64,000 nucleotides of DNA, taken from Lepidodermella squamata. Its lineage: Eukaryota > Animalia > Gastrotricha. The first letter of the stretch is position 1. Each line of letters begins with the position of its first letter. The position numbers were made by a program, and so were the translations under genes. Of this stretch, positions 38,229 through 52,734 are shown in pieces. Under the pieces are notes generated by a model, which saw only the letters and a list, made by a program, of their open reading frames with translations, was not told the origin of the DNA and searched no databases. The DNA is taken from contig JBLDXI010000009.1 in assembly GCA_047495785.1 (NCBI GenBank), positions 868,001 to 932,000 on the forward strand. The letters run 5' to 3'.

Positions 38229-41200
38229 ATGGCTGTGGTTGAAGCCTTCGTTCTCGAGCAGCAGTTGAATTCTGCCGATGAACGTCTCAAAGAATTTCAA
38301 CACGAAACCACTCTGTTCACTTCCGCTGCCTCGGTTGAACTGAACGTCTGCGATCGTCTTCTGATCTGCAAAATTAACCTACCTGGTCGAGATGTCTTTT
38401 CATCAGAGCTTTCCAATCGCCTCAGCGCAAAATTTGGTTTTAAAACTGCGCCGTTGATAGTTGGCAGTGTCATTGGAGCAAAGAAGCCAGATTTTGATCC
38501 GAATAGTATATCTGCGAAAAGTTTACATGTTGAAGGCATGGTGTGCCACTCTTGCGAGCGCCGCATCGAGGAAAATCTCTCAAAATCGCCCGAATCCATT
38601 TTATTTGTTAAGGTAACAATCAGGCGATAAAATTTATATTAGACTCGCAGCTTTTATTTCATTAACAGGCAAATCATGCGGAAAACGAAGTTTTCGTTAT
38701 TTATTCCGAAGCAAAAACCAGTCCTGCTCAAATAGGAGAATTAATCGACGATATGGGTTTCGAAGTGACCTCTCCATCACCCAGTGACGCCGTCCCCGTG
38801 AAACCTGTTGTGTCTCAGCAGCCAACAGCTCCGTTCCTCTCTCAGTCTATGGTACACGCTTCGTCGGAGAATTTCGCTGACGATCTGAAAGCTAACACTA
38901 GTTTTCCTGAAGTCCGCTTTCGCCGCCAAAAGCAAAGTCAAGCCGACAGCAAAACTCTGGATCGACCTCTCAATGCTTACGTCGGTGAATTTACTGATGT
39001 AGCCCTTGATATGGACAAAATGCAAACAGCACATTTCCAAGTACTTGGAATGACATGCTCAAGTTGCGTCGCTCGAATCGAGCGTGAAGTCCTGAAACTT
39101 CCCGGCATCAAGCGTATCGCTGTAGCTTTGATGGCCGAGAAAGCTGAAGTCTTATACGACCCGTCAGAAATTCTCACAGGTCAAATATCAGGCTTGATAA
39201 ATGAGTTGGGCTATCGGGCCACCGAAATCGAAATTGCAGGAGATGGGGAAGAAACTTTGTTGTTGGATATAACCGGTATGACCTGCTCGAGTTGCGTCAC
39301 TCGGGTTGAAACTGCTGTGAAGGCTATTAAAGGAGTTAAAAGCATCGCTGTTTCCCTGATGACCAATTCAGCCAAAGTTGTTTACATGCCGGATGTCATT
39401 GGCCCCCGAACAATTATCGATGCGATAGATGTAAGTAAACTATCTAGACTTTATTAGCGTTTCGAACTAACTCATGGTTTTCAGGACATGGGGTATGGCG
39501 CCGAGCCTTCAAAAGACGATACAAATGATTCGCATCGGAAGAGTCAGCAGAAAACTGTTCTACGTTGGCGTAAAACCTTCCTAATATCGCTGTGTTTTGG
39601 CTTGCCATCGATGATCATCATGTCGTATTTCATGTCATGCCACGATTCGGGTATGCATGGCGTTTGGGTCTCACCTTCGAAAAACTCACCTTCAACCATG
39701 CCTAACTCGACTACGCCAATGGTAATGACCGAGCATGTACACCATATGGAACCGCTGCAAAGTACGGCTGATGTGAACGGCACCGAAGCTGCACACGGCG
39801 GCCATTCTTCAAGCTCGTCTTCCTGTAACATTATGCTGATGCCTGGCTTATCTCTTGAGAATCTCATTCTATTTATTTTGTGCCTCCCTTTGCAAGTGAG
39901 TTTTTGTGACATTTGCCTTCAATTTTGACTAAATTTTGACTTTAAAAGATTTGGTGTGCAAAAGGCTTCTATGTTAACGCTTACAAAGCGATGCTGCACA
40001 AATCTGCAAACATGGATACTTTGATTGTTCTTGCTACGGGGATTTCGTTCATTTATTCACTTGGAATCTTGATGTGTGCCATGATAATGAAATGGCCGGT
40101 CAGTCCAATGACGTTTTTCGATACACCGCCAATGCTGATCATGTTTGTATCGCTCGGTCGCTGGTTAGAAAATATTGCCAAGGGTAAAACCAGCGAAGCT
40201 CTCGCCAAGCTTATGTCGTTTAAAGTGGACAAGGTAATTTTTGGAGAGCCGCAACTAAATTAAACCTAACTAATGTTTTCTATCTTAGATCACCCTGGTT
40301 GAAGTAGGAAAAGATGGTCAAGTATTAAGTGAAAAGGTTATTCGCACTGAGCTTGTTCAACGTGGTGATATTGTTCGCGTTCTTCCCGGGGCTCGAGTTC
40401 CTGTCGATGGAAGAGTTTTATTCGGCCAATCTTCCTGTGATGAGTCTTTTATCACCGGAGAATCCATGCCAGTGCCAAAGCGGCAAGGTTCCGCTGTTAT
40501 GGGTGGCTCCATTAATTTAGCTGGCGGTAGTGCTTTGCTCGTCGAAGCGACTCACGTTGGCAAAGACTCTGCACTTTCACAAATTGTGAGATTGGTGGAG
40601 CAAGCTCAAACTAGCAAAGCCCCGATTCAGCAAATAGCCGATCGCATTGCCGGATATTTCGTACCTTTTGTAGTAGCTGTATCTCTTTTAACGCTGATCA
40701 CTTGGATTGCCGTTGGTTATATAAATCCTGCTGTTGTTTTGGTTAACTACGATCCCAATCACACAAGCAACGTCAACGAAGCTGTGTTTGAAACTGCGTT
40801 TCGATTCGCCCTTTCCGTTTTGAGTATCGCCTGTCCTTGTGCTCTGGGGCTAGCGACCCCTACTGCTGTCATGGTGGGTACCGGAGTCGGTGCTATGAAC
40901 GGTATTTTGATAAAAGGTGGCATTCCATTGGAGGAAGCTCACAAAATAGACACTATAGTTTTTGATAAAACGGGGACCTTGACCCATGGCGTTGCTAAGG
41001 TGGTTAGATTTGTGACGTTCAGCGACGGTCAGTCGTCGCCGTCCATGCCTCGATCATGGCTTTTATCTATCATCGGAACTGCTGAACAGAACAGTGAACA
41101 CCCTATAGCTGTAGCCATTGTCACCTACTGCAAGAAACTACTCGGGGTCGATGTTTTTGGCCTGTCTGAAAACTTCGTGGCGACGCCAGGTCTCGGAGTT

Positions 41201-42584
41201 GGTTGTCGCGTCTCCAAAATTCGCGATGTTGTCGAAAGAAGCAAATCTGACTCGGACATGGCGGTTAACGCTTCAACCCAGAGCTTACTTCTCCTCCTGG
41301 ACGAAACAAGTGCTCAATTTTCTAAGAACCCTACCCCAGTTGATAACGCAACCAGCCAGGGTAATGTGTTATCACTTCCTTCTGCTGATGCTTCTTATGA
41401 AGTTGTGATCGGAAATCGCGAGTGGCTGCGGCGTCATTATGTCCCATTTGATGGCGAAGTCGATGCTGCGATGCGTCGACACGAGAAACAAGGCCATACC
41501 TGCGTGCTGATAGGCGTGAATGGCCGAGTTATGGCGATGGCTGTGGTTGCCGATGACGTTAAACGAGAGGCTCGTCTTGCCGTCTATTGTCTAGAAAAAA
41601 TCGGCCTCGAAGTGATAATGCTCTCTGGCGATAACCGGAAAACAGCACGTAAAATTGCGAAATCCGTTGGAATTCGCAAAGTCTTTGCCGAGGTTCTTCC
41701 CAAACACAAGCGTTTGAAAATCGAACAGTTGCAGAAAAGCGGTCGCCATGTTGCCATGGTAGGTGACGGTGTTAACGATTCGCCTGCGCTTGCCCAGGCC
41801 AATGTTGGCATTGCTATCGGTACGGGCACGGACGTTGCGGTCGAAGCTGCTGGCATTGTATTGATCCGCAACGACTTGTTGGATGTCTACGCTTCAATAT
41901 TACTGTCTCGTAAAACCGTTCATCGTATCCGGTGCAACTTTGTCGGTGCTATCATTTACAACTTGGTAGGTTTTTTCGCGGATCATGTTTCTCATTTAAT
42001 TCATACTTTTTTAGATTGGAATTCCAATTGCTGGTGGTATATTGAAACCCTTGGGAGTATCTCTGTTACCATGGATGGCTAGTGCTGCGATGGCCATTTC
42101 GAGTGTTTCTGTCGTGGTTATGTCACTTACGTTGAAGTTCTGGAAGAAACCTCTTGAGCGACACTTGATGACCCATGAATTCTTCAATGAGATCAAATCT
42201 GGTGATCTTGGCGATGGCGAAGTACAAGTAATGCGCGGTATCGATGAATCTGTCCCTCAAACTCAGCCAATATCGTGGGACAGTGGTTCGAGACGCAGCG
42301 TTACTCCCAGCAAGAACTCTCACTTTGGATCGAAACGTGGCATAATTCCTCGAATCGCTGCCACAATCGCATCTCCCGGAGCCTCGCTTTTTGGTGGGAG
42401 AACTTCACGGGTGGAGCTGTTGGAGCCTTCACCATCAGGCTTGAGCCCAAATCCTCATCTTATGGCAACTAGCGACACTGAAAGCACAGATGGCGGACAG
42501 ATTAGAACGCCAAAGAAAACCAGATTATATTCTGAAGGATCAGTTTCTGAAGAAGGCAGTGATATTACGTACACACGTGCTTGA
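38229..42584 (+). CDS. ATP7: Copper-transporting P1B-type ATPase (ATP7A/B orthologue)
   Basis: GMVCHSC plus two GMTCSSC metal-binding domains, [49 protein letters not shown] and MAISS TM motifs; five introns. Confidence 0.97.
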
Positions 42585-43559
42585 CCTAATTTGCCGAACT
42601 TGCGAAGACGAAGTCATTCAAATCAACCGGAGCTATTTTTCTACGTCTCTGTACTTACGACTTGAATATCAATATTGCTATCACTAGATGAGACAACAAT
42701 ATTTGTCCACAATGCCCTATGCACACTTCGACTCCAGCAATTGATATGTGCCTTACTCTACTTGTTTATTTATCTTCTAATTTTGTTATCAGCTGCGACA
42801 ATTCAAGTTATTATAAAAACACGATCTGTTTATCATAAGAGCGGCAGGAATTTTCTAAATTATTGTTTTTAAATGTAATGCTATGAAAAGCGGTCAACCT
42901 TGTCGATTGGTTTGCAACAGCGTGGTTAGTCTTTTGAAATATATATCCATTCTTTCACGTCAGCTTCCGGTGTTGATATGCATAAGCTGCGAGCCCGTTT
43001 CGACTCATGTCTCCACCTTCAAAGCTTTAACGTACAGATTCAAGTGTTGATTCGCTTTCGTAGCCACTTGTTGTTCATAATAAACATTATTAAAATTTTA
43101 TCATCATTTTTCATGAGTTGTAATTAACAGATTTTTCTTACCGTATCATAATTGTGAATTCAAATGAAAAATGACTTGTTTCCGTATAAAATTGTTGAAA
43201 TGGCAAGCGTGATGCTAAAAATAAAAACATATTCGCCAAATTACCATTTACGTGTTATTCTTCCAGTTTAAACGTTGATGACAGTTGAACCAAACATATC
43301 GTCAACGTTGCAACGCGTTTTTGACCACTTTCACAAACTATGTAAATTAATCGAAGTTGCCGCCGCTGATTCTGGTTTAACTTTCAGCAATCGAAATAGC
43401 AACGTCGGTGCAGGTTGATTTTCCGGCTGTCAAGGTTTTACGATAGGTTGCCCAAATAATACATGACTGCCTTTACCATTAACTCTTTCATGGCGGAATT
43501 ATTTATGTGAGAGAACAAATTTTTTATAACAGTGCAGGCGAACAAGCCTCATATCCGCA

Positions 43560-44330
43560 TTGCTCTTGGCGGAGGGGTGAGAAAGCGTATAGCCACCGTT
43601 GAAGACGGCGATCTAGCAACCTTCGTCACGCAGTTTTGCAAACTTATAGACCTGAAATTAGAGACATCACCCCGGTTGCTGTGCATAATTGGACAGATAA
43701 TTGGACAGTTTTCTAGTTTTCCGGGAATTTACCTTCGAATAACATATGGGTGAAAAGTAACGATAATTGGAGTGCAAGCGCCTCGCGATTTTCTTTGTAG
43801 GTACCGTCTGGACCGGCGGCGGAGTGGGAATTGTAGTAATCGATTCAGTCTCGCATCATGAGACGCATCTTGCCTTTTCGTGCCCAATATCGGCAAGAGG
43901 TTATTTTTGGCGATTCATGTTATTGGCTGTATGTGTATGTGTTTCCCCGCTTGTGTATCAGAAAAAAATGAATTGAGTTTGTGAGCATTGAGCGATAACC
44001 TTCTGATTCTGAAATTAAGCGCAAGCAACGTCTTCTCATTCCATCCTTTCCTTGCCACGCCTTTCTGTGGGCGCCTACGAGTTTCACTTCTCATGAAACC
44101 AGAATGTGGAAAGATAAATCGGATTAGATCGGCACGACTTCAACTGATTGGGCACAATGCAATGGATCCGCGGTATTCACCCGCTTTAATCACCCTCGTT
44201 TTAATGCAGGTAATACGGAATCTTGCGGGGCTACCTTGGTCAAAATGCATGCCGGCTGCGTACAGCATGTGAAAAAGCGATCTCCGATGCCATGCTTCTC
44301 TCTGTAATGTCAGTTGTCAACATCGCATCA
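43560..44330 (-). mobile_element. Decayed LINE fragment (RT N-terminal region)
   Basis: Minus strand about 43840-43600 reads SAAGPDG..EALALQLSLLF..EGKFPEN*KT then, after a frameshift, GDVSNFRSISLQNCVTKV (RT domains 0-2). The upstream limit is uncertain. Confidence 0.75.
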
Positions 44331-44789
44331 AGGAATGGTGTCAAATATTCACAGCTCTGCCTCAAATTAGACGGAAATAGCACTTCTGCATGCATGCGTA
44401 TGAGTATGAGTGTTCAAATCCCGGTGGAAAGACAAAATTAACTTTGATTTTATTTATCACCAAGCAACAACAATATAACATCATCGAAACTTTTATTGAA
44501 TAAATTCAGTATTTCCGACGAAAATCATGGCCAGGTGCCAATACAAACACAGGTGGCAACGAATGACACCGGAGAGCAAGAACAGACAGATGTTGCTCTC
44601 GGAGAATAAAATTATATTTATAGTTCTGACTTCATTTCCGATTCACACAAGCATTATTTATGCATACTGAGAGCAGAAAAAAGTTTTAACAGATTCAAGA
44701 AAGTTGTCAACTCTCACTCAGTTTGATAGCTCACGTTTACAATGATATCACGCTCTAATAAACAGTTTTTTAATAAAGTTAAGGCCGAA

Positions 44790-47700
44790 TCATGGCTCTT
44801 CTTTGACCGGCTCTTCCTCTTCTTTTTTGGTTTCGAACTCAGGCGAACCCCACAGAGTTTTGACAATTTGCGCTGCCCACGGATCCCAATCTGGATTATT
44901 CGAAACAGTCGCCGCAGGTCTGGGTTGAGGATTCCAAATAGAATCACTCCACGACCACGGAGCGCCAGGTGCTGAGTCGCCCAACCGGCTACCGTCCCCG
45001 AGAAGAGACGTGTCTCTCGGCGAGTTTATAGCATCGGGTTCATTTAATAAATTCTCCGTGAACTGAAGCGCAGGAATCGACACAGGCGAAACTGCAGTTG
45101 GCTGCTGCTGTTGTTGTTGCTGCTGCTTTTGCAAATCGCCCTCAACCAGACGCTTTGCCGCCGCAGATGGAACAAAAGCTGCAGATGAAGCTGAGAAAGT
45201 CGTCGGAGCTGCTAGCCAAGAGGGCCGCTCTGATACGGTTTGGGTCGACGACGAGTAAGCTGCCTGAGAATTAGCGGCAGACAAGATTAACGCATCGGCA
45301 ATCGATGGCAGAGTAGACGGTACATTGAAAGCCGAATTGGCAGAGATATTCCATTGAGACGCCGGAGTTTGGCGCAAAGATGACAAAACCGATGACGTTA
45401 CCGGCGCAACAGAAGCCGAAGCGACTTCTTTCGGAGCAGTGCCAGACGCCATATTAGCCTGCTCTGATGCATGGGAACCCAAGACTCGTTTCATAGTGGC
45501 TTCAGCGATGAGGTATGGAGTGTTTAGCGATCGAGGTTGAGACGGTGTGACGGAGGGCTCGGCATTTGACGACGCGTTCAAAACATTTGTAGCAGTGGTC
45601 GCAGGAATTCCACGGTAAAACACAGCCGCTGGAACAGGAGCTGGTATCTGCTTAGATGGTACTGCAGGCTGCGTCTCCGCAACAGGAGCAGCAGCGGCAG
45701 CTCGCGCCAGTCGTAAAGGTTGCGTATTCGCAGGTCCGCCCTGGCGCTCAGCAGCACCGCCCGTGAGAAGGCGGCGTTGGAGTCGCGGCGGTTGTTCACT
45801 AAGCCGCTGTTGCTTCCTGGTATGCCATTCGTTCGGCTGTGCCTGCTGTTGATGCTTGTCTGACGCTTTAGTCTGTCCTCTGCTCGGCATGTGCTGCTGT
45901 CGGTTCACGTGATCACTGGCCGCAGGGTTTGACTCGACCGAAGATGAAGATGGCGAAGACGATTTCGAGTTAGAATACTGTTCTTCATCAGATAGATTTG
46001 AAAGTCGAGCAGCCTGTTTTTCATGCGATGAGGTTAGGGTGTTTCTTTCAAAAGCGCTTTCGTCGCCTTCAGCATCCGAATCGGTGTCATCAAGCGAACT
46101 GCACTCATCATCCGCACTTTGCCCGTCATTTCGCCCTTCATCACGGTTCGTAGAGCTCGCAGGGTTCTCCTTTCCAGCCTCATGATCACTTTGCCCTTGC
46201 TGCGTAATAGGTGCAGATAGTTCCACGGAATTACGTGAGAAGTCATCATCAGCATCGGTCGCTTTATTGCCATCTTCGTCGGATCTTTGCCTAGAGGTGG
46301 ATGTTCGTTTTTTAACGTCGCTTGACCCAGTTGGCGAGCGATGACGGTCCGACGAGTTTTTCGACGTGCGGCTCGACTTGCGCTGTAGGATTTCTTGAAT
46401 GTCTTCACCGGAGGCTGATATGACATGATGCGTCTTGACTAAACTACGTCGGTCAGAGGTCGGTTCGTCGCTGGGAACATCATCACTAGGCACCAGTTGA
46501 CCGTAAAGCTTTCGGTAATGTTGCGGTCGATTGCCTGTCCTCGTTTTGTTTTTCGACCTCCGATTTTCGCCAGCCAACCCACCTTGCTGTGAGTTGTTTT
46601 CACCAGCGCCGGCGTTCGAATTAGTATCAGCATCATTTTCAGATCTCAGAGATTCCTATATATGTCGAAATCAGAAATTGATGATGATGAGAGCATTTAT
46701 TTTTAAAATAAATTACTTTTCTGTTAGATCGCCTCCAGATAATACTCAAAAGACTTCTCCAAAGCCAGCCAATTGTTTTTGATGGCAGCTCCCGTAAAAA
46801 CGCCGCAATCCTCTGCCGAGGAGCAACCTTGGACTCAGCGACGACAGTGCCAATAATTGATTGAGAATTGCCGACTCTGATCTGTATCTTCCGCGGCGGT
46901 TCAGTCTTTGAAACTTGGGCAGATCTTGCTTTATTGACCGTACTCGAACTTGAATTTTGAGCCGCTTGCTGCATCGCAGGCGCCGCAGAATTTTGGTACC
47001 TGGCGTCTCCGGTTTTAAAGCGAGCCCGCAACTGTCGGACAACAGAGGTTATGTAGTAAGCATCGCACATAGCAAACAGCAACGCGCCGATGACATTGGG
47101 AATAACGATGAAAGCTATCGTCATTCTCAGCATTTTCTCCCAGTCAGGCCTCGGTAAAGCAGCGCGGCACTGCGAAATCAGTGCCGGTGGAATGGTCACA
47201 ATTATGGGATAGCGAATTGTGCCAATTGTCGAGTTAACGACCAACGTCCAAATGTATCGGAAATGATTGAAGTCAGGGGTGTATGCCACTTGAAAATTGA
47301 TGGTGCCGTTCGAAGGTATGACATGGTTATGCAAGCCTGAAATGTCAGTCAAACGCAATCCAGGCGAGGATCCGAAAGCCGTGACTGACAAAACGTAAAC
47401 TGGCAAACGGCCCAAGTTACGAAGAGCCAATGCCCTTCGCATGGTGAAAGGCGGGTCATTCGGAATGTTGTTTGCCGTCGATTGCGAACTGTATGGATAC
47501 TTCGGCTTGTCCTGAGGAGAATTCTCGGCATCGCCAAGCCAACTATCAAGCCAGGTAGTTACAAATGCCGGGAGGAAGGAAAACTCCTTTAAACATTCCG
47601 ATAAAGTCTCAGGCGAGTAAGCGACTTCAACTTTATCCAAAGTCCGGCCATTAGAGTCCGCTAGAACAAGATCACCTTGACCTCCTTGACCACGAATAGG

Positions 47701-50700
47701 TATCGTTTCGACATAGGTCAGATTGTTTCTATATAAGACAGCACGTAACTTGAAGATCCTCCTTCAAAAATTTAATAATTATAATAATTACCTCAAGATA
47801 ATGACGCTGTTGTACTCCAAGGCTGATCGTGGAGCGAATCTAACATGAACGGTGAAGTTCGTCTTCGGCCTGTAATGATTAAATTAATGTTCAGTACCAA
47901 GTTGAAATGTCTAAGTCTAGTCGTCATTGTCATTATTGAAATTCAATCATGAAAAAACCATTTTAGGATGAATTTGATATTCAAAATCTTGTTTAGCAGC
48001 AGCAAACAGTGTATGGTTACCTCAAAACGACAGTAATCGATCTCCTGGAGCATCTAGCAGCGCCCGGAAACGGCTGGGAGTGCAGTAATGGATCGCGAGT
48101 AATGAGCTACAATTATGATGAACGAGAGAATTTAGTAAAATATACGCATTTGAACTAAACTCGAGCTCAGCCTACCTTGTTAAAGCTGACCGTCTGAAAG
48201 CATTTACAGCACAAGCAGAAATGAATGATGAACCAAGAGCAAAACGCAGAATTAAAATAAAATTCACTCAGATTAAACGCTTCTTTAAACATACGAAATT
48301 GAGATCAAGGAACGAAAACACCGGATGCTCTTCAAAAGACGTGGCAGAGCCATCATCGCTAGGTTTTGGGTTGCGATAACTATGAGAAAAAATCCAAAAA
48401 ATAAATAAAACACAAATTATCATCCAATCATTTACCCCTCGTCATGTAGCAGCGGTAATAGACGAGTAGCTGCAGAGGGATAGAATTCTGCCAAAACTAT
48501 CTGCACAGCCAATGGTGTGCTAGACGGGTTCATGACAGTGAAATTCAGCATCTGTCAAGAAGAAATTTGAATGTGAAAGTTGCGAGTGAATTCGGAGAGA
48601 ATTATTTACGTCAAATTGCCCAACTTCGACCACATTGAAGTTCAAAACGGATTGGGGTGCATGAATCAACTTTGGAATGACGAATCGAATCTGCATAAAT
48701 GAATGATGCGGCATGGTCAAGTAAGACATTGGCTCCACAGTCATTATGGCAATCGTAATATTTTTCCTATAATTTCAGGAATTGACATTACAGATCGGAA
48801 TTAAACAATTAATAACATACACATCACGGCCACTTTCTTTCATTTCCCGCCAACGCTGCTGAAGCTGAGTGACAAGGTAGCTATCGATATCAGCAGTAAA
48901 TGCATCCAAATTGCATGACGCCAACCAATGAGCATGTACTTTGGAAAGAATTTCGGTTTAAGATAGGTAAATGATTGAAAAACTCAACTTACGGTATGCA
49001 TTGTCGTTAAGACCCATGTAGCAAGAATCCCCGCAAACGGCCGAATGATCGTATGTAATCTTTGCAATCTGAAGCAACAATTATACTCATAAAAATCATG
49101 ACTAAAACTTCAATTTTGCTTACCGTGTTCTTTTCAGCAAAATAAACATAGTTGCCGACCAACTTGTAGTTCAAACCAGTTTCGTCAGGCGTGAACTCGA
49201 TGAATTGCAACTGATGTGGCCGTTTGTCATCTTCTTGGTCCGCAAATGGTCGATAAGGATCACTATTGCGATACGAATGAGAAAGAACCAGTTTCTGGCG
49301 GCAAATTCGACCAGGAAAGCAATTATCCATGATAATAGGATCAGGGTGAGAGAAATAATTGCCATAGTCGAACAAAATCGATCCGATGATCGGTGTTCGA
49401 TTAGGTTGGTCTGTCACTACCCACATCAAAATGTTGGAGAGAGAATCGAGAGCGGGCGGTTCAGTAGCGTTAACGTAGAACTCAATCAATGCGTAGTGGC
49501 CTGGAGGAACCGGAACTTCTCCAGATGGCAGCATAGCCTCAGTCACAGGTCGGTAATTTGACAGAGAATATACGTTCCCTTTAGGGGCGTTTGATACCCC
49601 GAGTATCTTGGCGAAAACATAAGGTGATATAGCGTCGAACTTGCGTATTTTAACGACAACCGGGTTTGGGTTCAAGAGGCTCAGTGTTCGAGAAACAGGC
49701 GCATCTTCGTTGCCAGTGTAAATCAAACTAACATCGTGAGTCAGGAAATTGCTGATCGGGGTAAAGTGATGTTTAACCTCCAATTTTCCATCCCAAACGA
49801 GAATGGGCAACTCCACGGTTCCGACGTTCGTCGATAATACTATGGCACAGCGCGAAGTTTTGCTGTCCTCTGAACTGACTTTCTTCACGTTAATACTGAA
49901 AACGTCGCGATGAGACTGACTTGGAGCAAATATAATAGGCAGAGTTTTTGACGGGACATCCAAAAACAGCTGATAGGGTGAAGATTCGCCGCATTTCTGG
50001 TTTGTCACTGAGTAGAGAATGATTTGAGATTTAGCTCTATTGACAAGCGAAATGTAACGAGGATGGGCGTGCCAGTCACAGTGACCGTCTTGGCAGCTGA
50101 ACGATAGATTGGACGGCGAAATCGCCTGAAGGTTTGTGCTAACATAACGAATACGATATGGAACGGTAGCTGTGTTGTTCTGGCTGCCTTTAACGACAAC
50201 TGAGATTTCTCCGTTTAGTTGCTGGCGAGAGGTGAGCAGCGACGTGTTCAGCGAGATGAATGCCACTGTTTGTTTCCGCAAATCGGGCGTCAGCCGAGCG
50301 GGCATAAAGTCGACTGAGATTGCCGAGTTCGGCAGAACCATCGATACATTCTGGACAAGAACAGGCCTAGAATAGCCATTCCACAAAGCAAGCGGTAGAG
50401 TCAGCATCGGCGAATTCGGGCTGACAATTCCGAAATCAAGAATTGGAGTCGATGGAAATAGACCAATGCCATCAGTAACTTCGAAATCCACGGGAATAAA
50501 CAGTTTGACTATTTCAGTGTTCTTGCCACTTGTCGTTCGCAGAATTATCACAACATAGGCAATGAAATGAGTTGCCTCCCGGCCTTTGAACTCTAAAAAC
50601 AGGATAGGCCTGGTCTCGTATGGCTGAAGATGCCACAGTTTGGCATCCTCGTCCGTGTTACCAGTCACGAGCTCGATATGTAACTCGGCGCTGCTGGTAA

Positions 50701-51438
50701 AGATCTCCTCGATCTGAACGCTCCTCGGGAATGGGTTGTACAGCGACATTAAATAAATGAATGTGGCATTTGTCGGTAGTTTCAAATTAATTGCTGGTAA
50801 AATGTGGTAACGGCTTTCCACCCCAGAGCCTCGAAGTTTCAATGTGAAAACTCCGATTGAAGTATGAATTTCCAAAATCGACGACAGATTGCCACGTTCG
50901 CGAGGTAAAAAATACACATCAAAGGTAGTATTTGCGCCAGGAAACAAAATCTGCAAAAAACAGCGTTATATAACAGCATTCGGTTGGAAATTCTAGTTTC
51001 TCATACGTTATCTTCGAAGAAAGAGCAATGATAATGCGCTGTCGAGCCAGTAATTGTCAGTAAATGGACAACAGCATTTGAAGGATTGTGCACGGTAACT
51101 TTGCGGTGAGCGGCCGTGGCAAATTCAGTTTCTCCAAAGTCAACTTCACCAGGATCGAACCTCAAAGGAGGAGTTTGTAATGCGACGCCGTTTAACAGGG
51201 CATAATCGACTAGATCAGCAGCACTTTGAATGGTCAAACCGTCAATAACTAGCCGCAACTCCGTAGGGGTTTGCACAAAGACTTGCATGCGGCTCTGGTG
51301 ATTTGGGTGGTGGTAAACATTTGGAGGCTCCGGTACACGCTGGTTTCTGTCGGGAGCGCTCGCTGCCAAATGGCAAGTTATGGCAACAGACGCAAACACG
51401 ACGACAAACGGCCAGCAAATTCTGCTGCCGCTTGCCAT
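44790..51438 (-). CDS. TMEM131: Transmembrane protein 131
   Basis: Signal peptide, LRFDPGEVDFG..ITGSTAHYHCSFF, FDVYFLPR..G, RNNLT, YTPDF, CRAALPRPDWE plus TM helix, long disordered tail with Trp-containing motifs; multiple GT-AG introns. Confidence 0.93.
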
Positions 51439-51714
51439 TAACTTTTTAAAGACTGCAGTTCAGAGTAAAATCTACAATAATTCAAAACAAACTTAAATGT
51501 TTATAAGCAAATCGAGAATTTTTTTCGCGTAAGAAAGTTTCAACGAGGGGCACCTTATCTGAGAGCTTGAGCGCGGAACTAAGGAGTCTTCAACAATATC
51601 GTCGTACTGGGAAGGATCATCAGGAGTGAAACTAGTTTCAGCGTGGCGTTATTTAAATAGCAAAACATGAACAGAATAATACGCGATGCAAGAAAATTCA
51701 TCAGAGCAAATGAG

Positions 51715-52734
51715 CTAATTTATTTTTTTATCGTTGTTGTTTTCTTCCGATTGCAGTTTGCCACGCTTTTTCTGCTTAGCCAACAGATCGCGGCATTCCT
51801 TGTAAACTTTTTCTAGTTCGAAAGCGCTGATGATGTTGTCTCTGGTGAAGGCAAATGGAGCAACACGGCCCTTGGAATCATTGAGAGGCTGACGATCTTT
51901 CTCCTCGCCGTCTTCAAATAAGATAACGGTAGGTAGTTGTTTCGAGAATGTCGAAGTGTTTATGTCGTGTCTGAAAATTGAAATGATAAGCTTATCACTT
52001 CGAAGCAAGCAAATCTCAAACATACCTTTGCGCTACGTCAGGATACCGCGAAACGTCAACTTTACCGAACTGGAAGTTTTCCAGGTCACCATACTTCTGC
52101 GACAACTCCGCGAATATCGGGGAAAAATCACTGCATGGAGGACACCACGGAGCAGAGAACATGACGAGCCATCGGATGCGCTTGTCTTTTTCCAATGTCT
52201 GATCCAAAGCACTCGCTCTGAAGTAAGTTATTCTATCAGGACCTTTGTAAGATGGCTCCGGATTGAAGAACATTTGAACTGAAATAATTTACAATCATTC
52301 AACGCGGCTTTAGCTAAAAAGGGATCACATACGCAGCATTATCGCACCATAGATTATGACGTAGAGAGGTCCTTGGCGGAAGAAAAGGCAAGCATTCAAA
52401 ACTTTGGCAAACAGGAAGACCTTTTTGAAGTAATTTCGCAAGGTCGCTTGTTTTTTAGCCTTTATCATGATAAGAACCCCGAAGGAAGCCAATAGCTCCC
52501 ATTCGCCCTATAAAAAATGAGATAGCTTGTTAATTATTCATTGGAAAATCGGCCATTGCTTACGATCTTCAATTCGCATGACTCGAAAATGTGCTCGCAC
52601 CAAGGGCTGGCTTTCAGGGCAAAGAACGATATTGCAAGCATGAACTCTCCAACGTAGTGAGCATTGATCACAGACCGCCATTCGCTTTTCAGCGTGGTTA
52701 AAACATTTTCATATAAATTGTAGAGTGCGTCCAT
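51715..52734 (-). CDS. TMX2: Thioredoxin-related transmembrane protein 2
   Basis: N-terminal TM region (EWELL..FLFAKVLN..LFFR), EPSYKGPD, FSPIFAELSQKY..FGKVDVSRYPDVA, SKQLPTVILF..G.E..RQP, C-terminal KKIN (KKxx ER retrieval); three introns. Confidence 0.92.
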
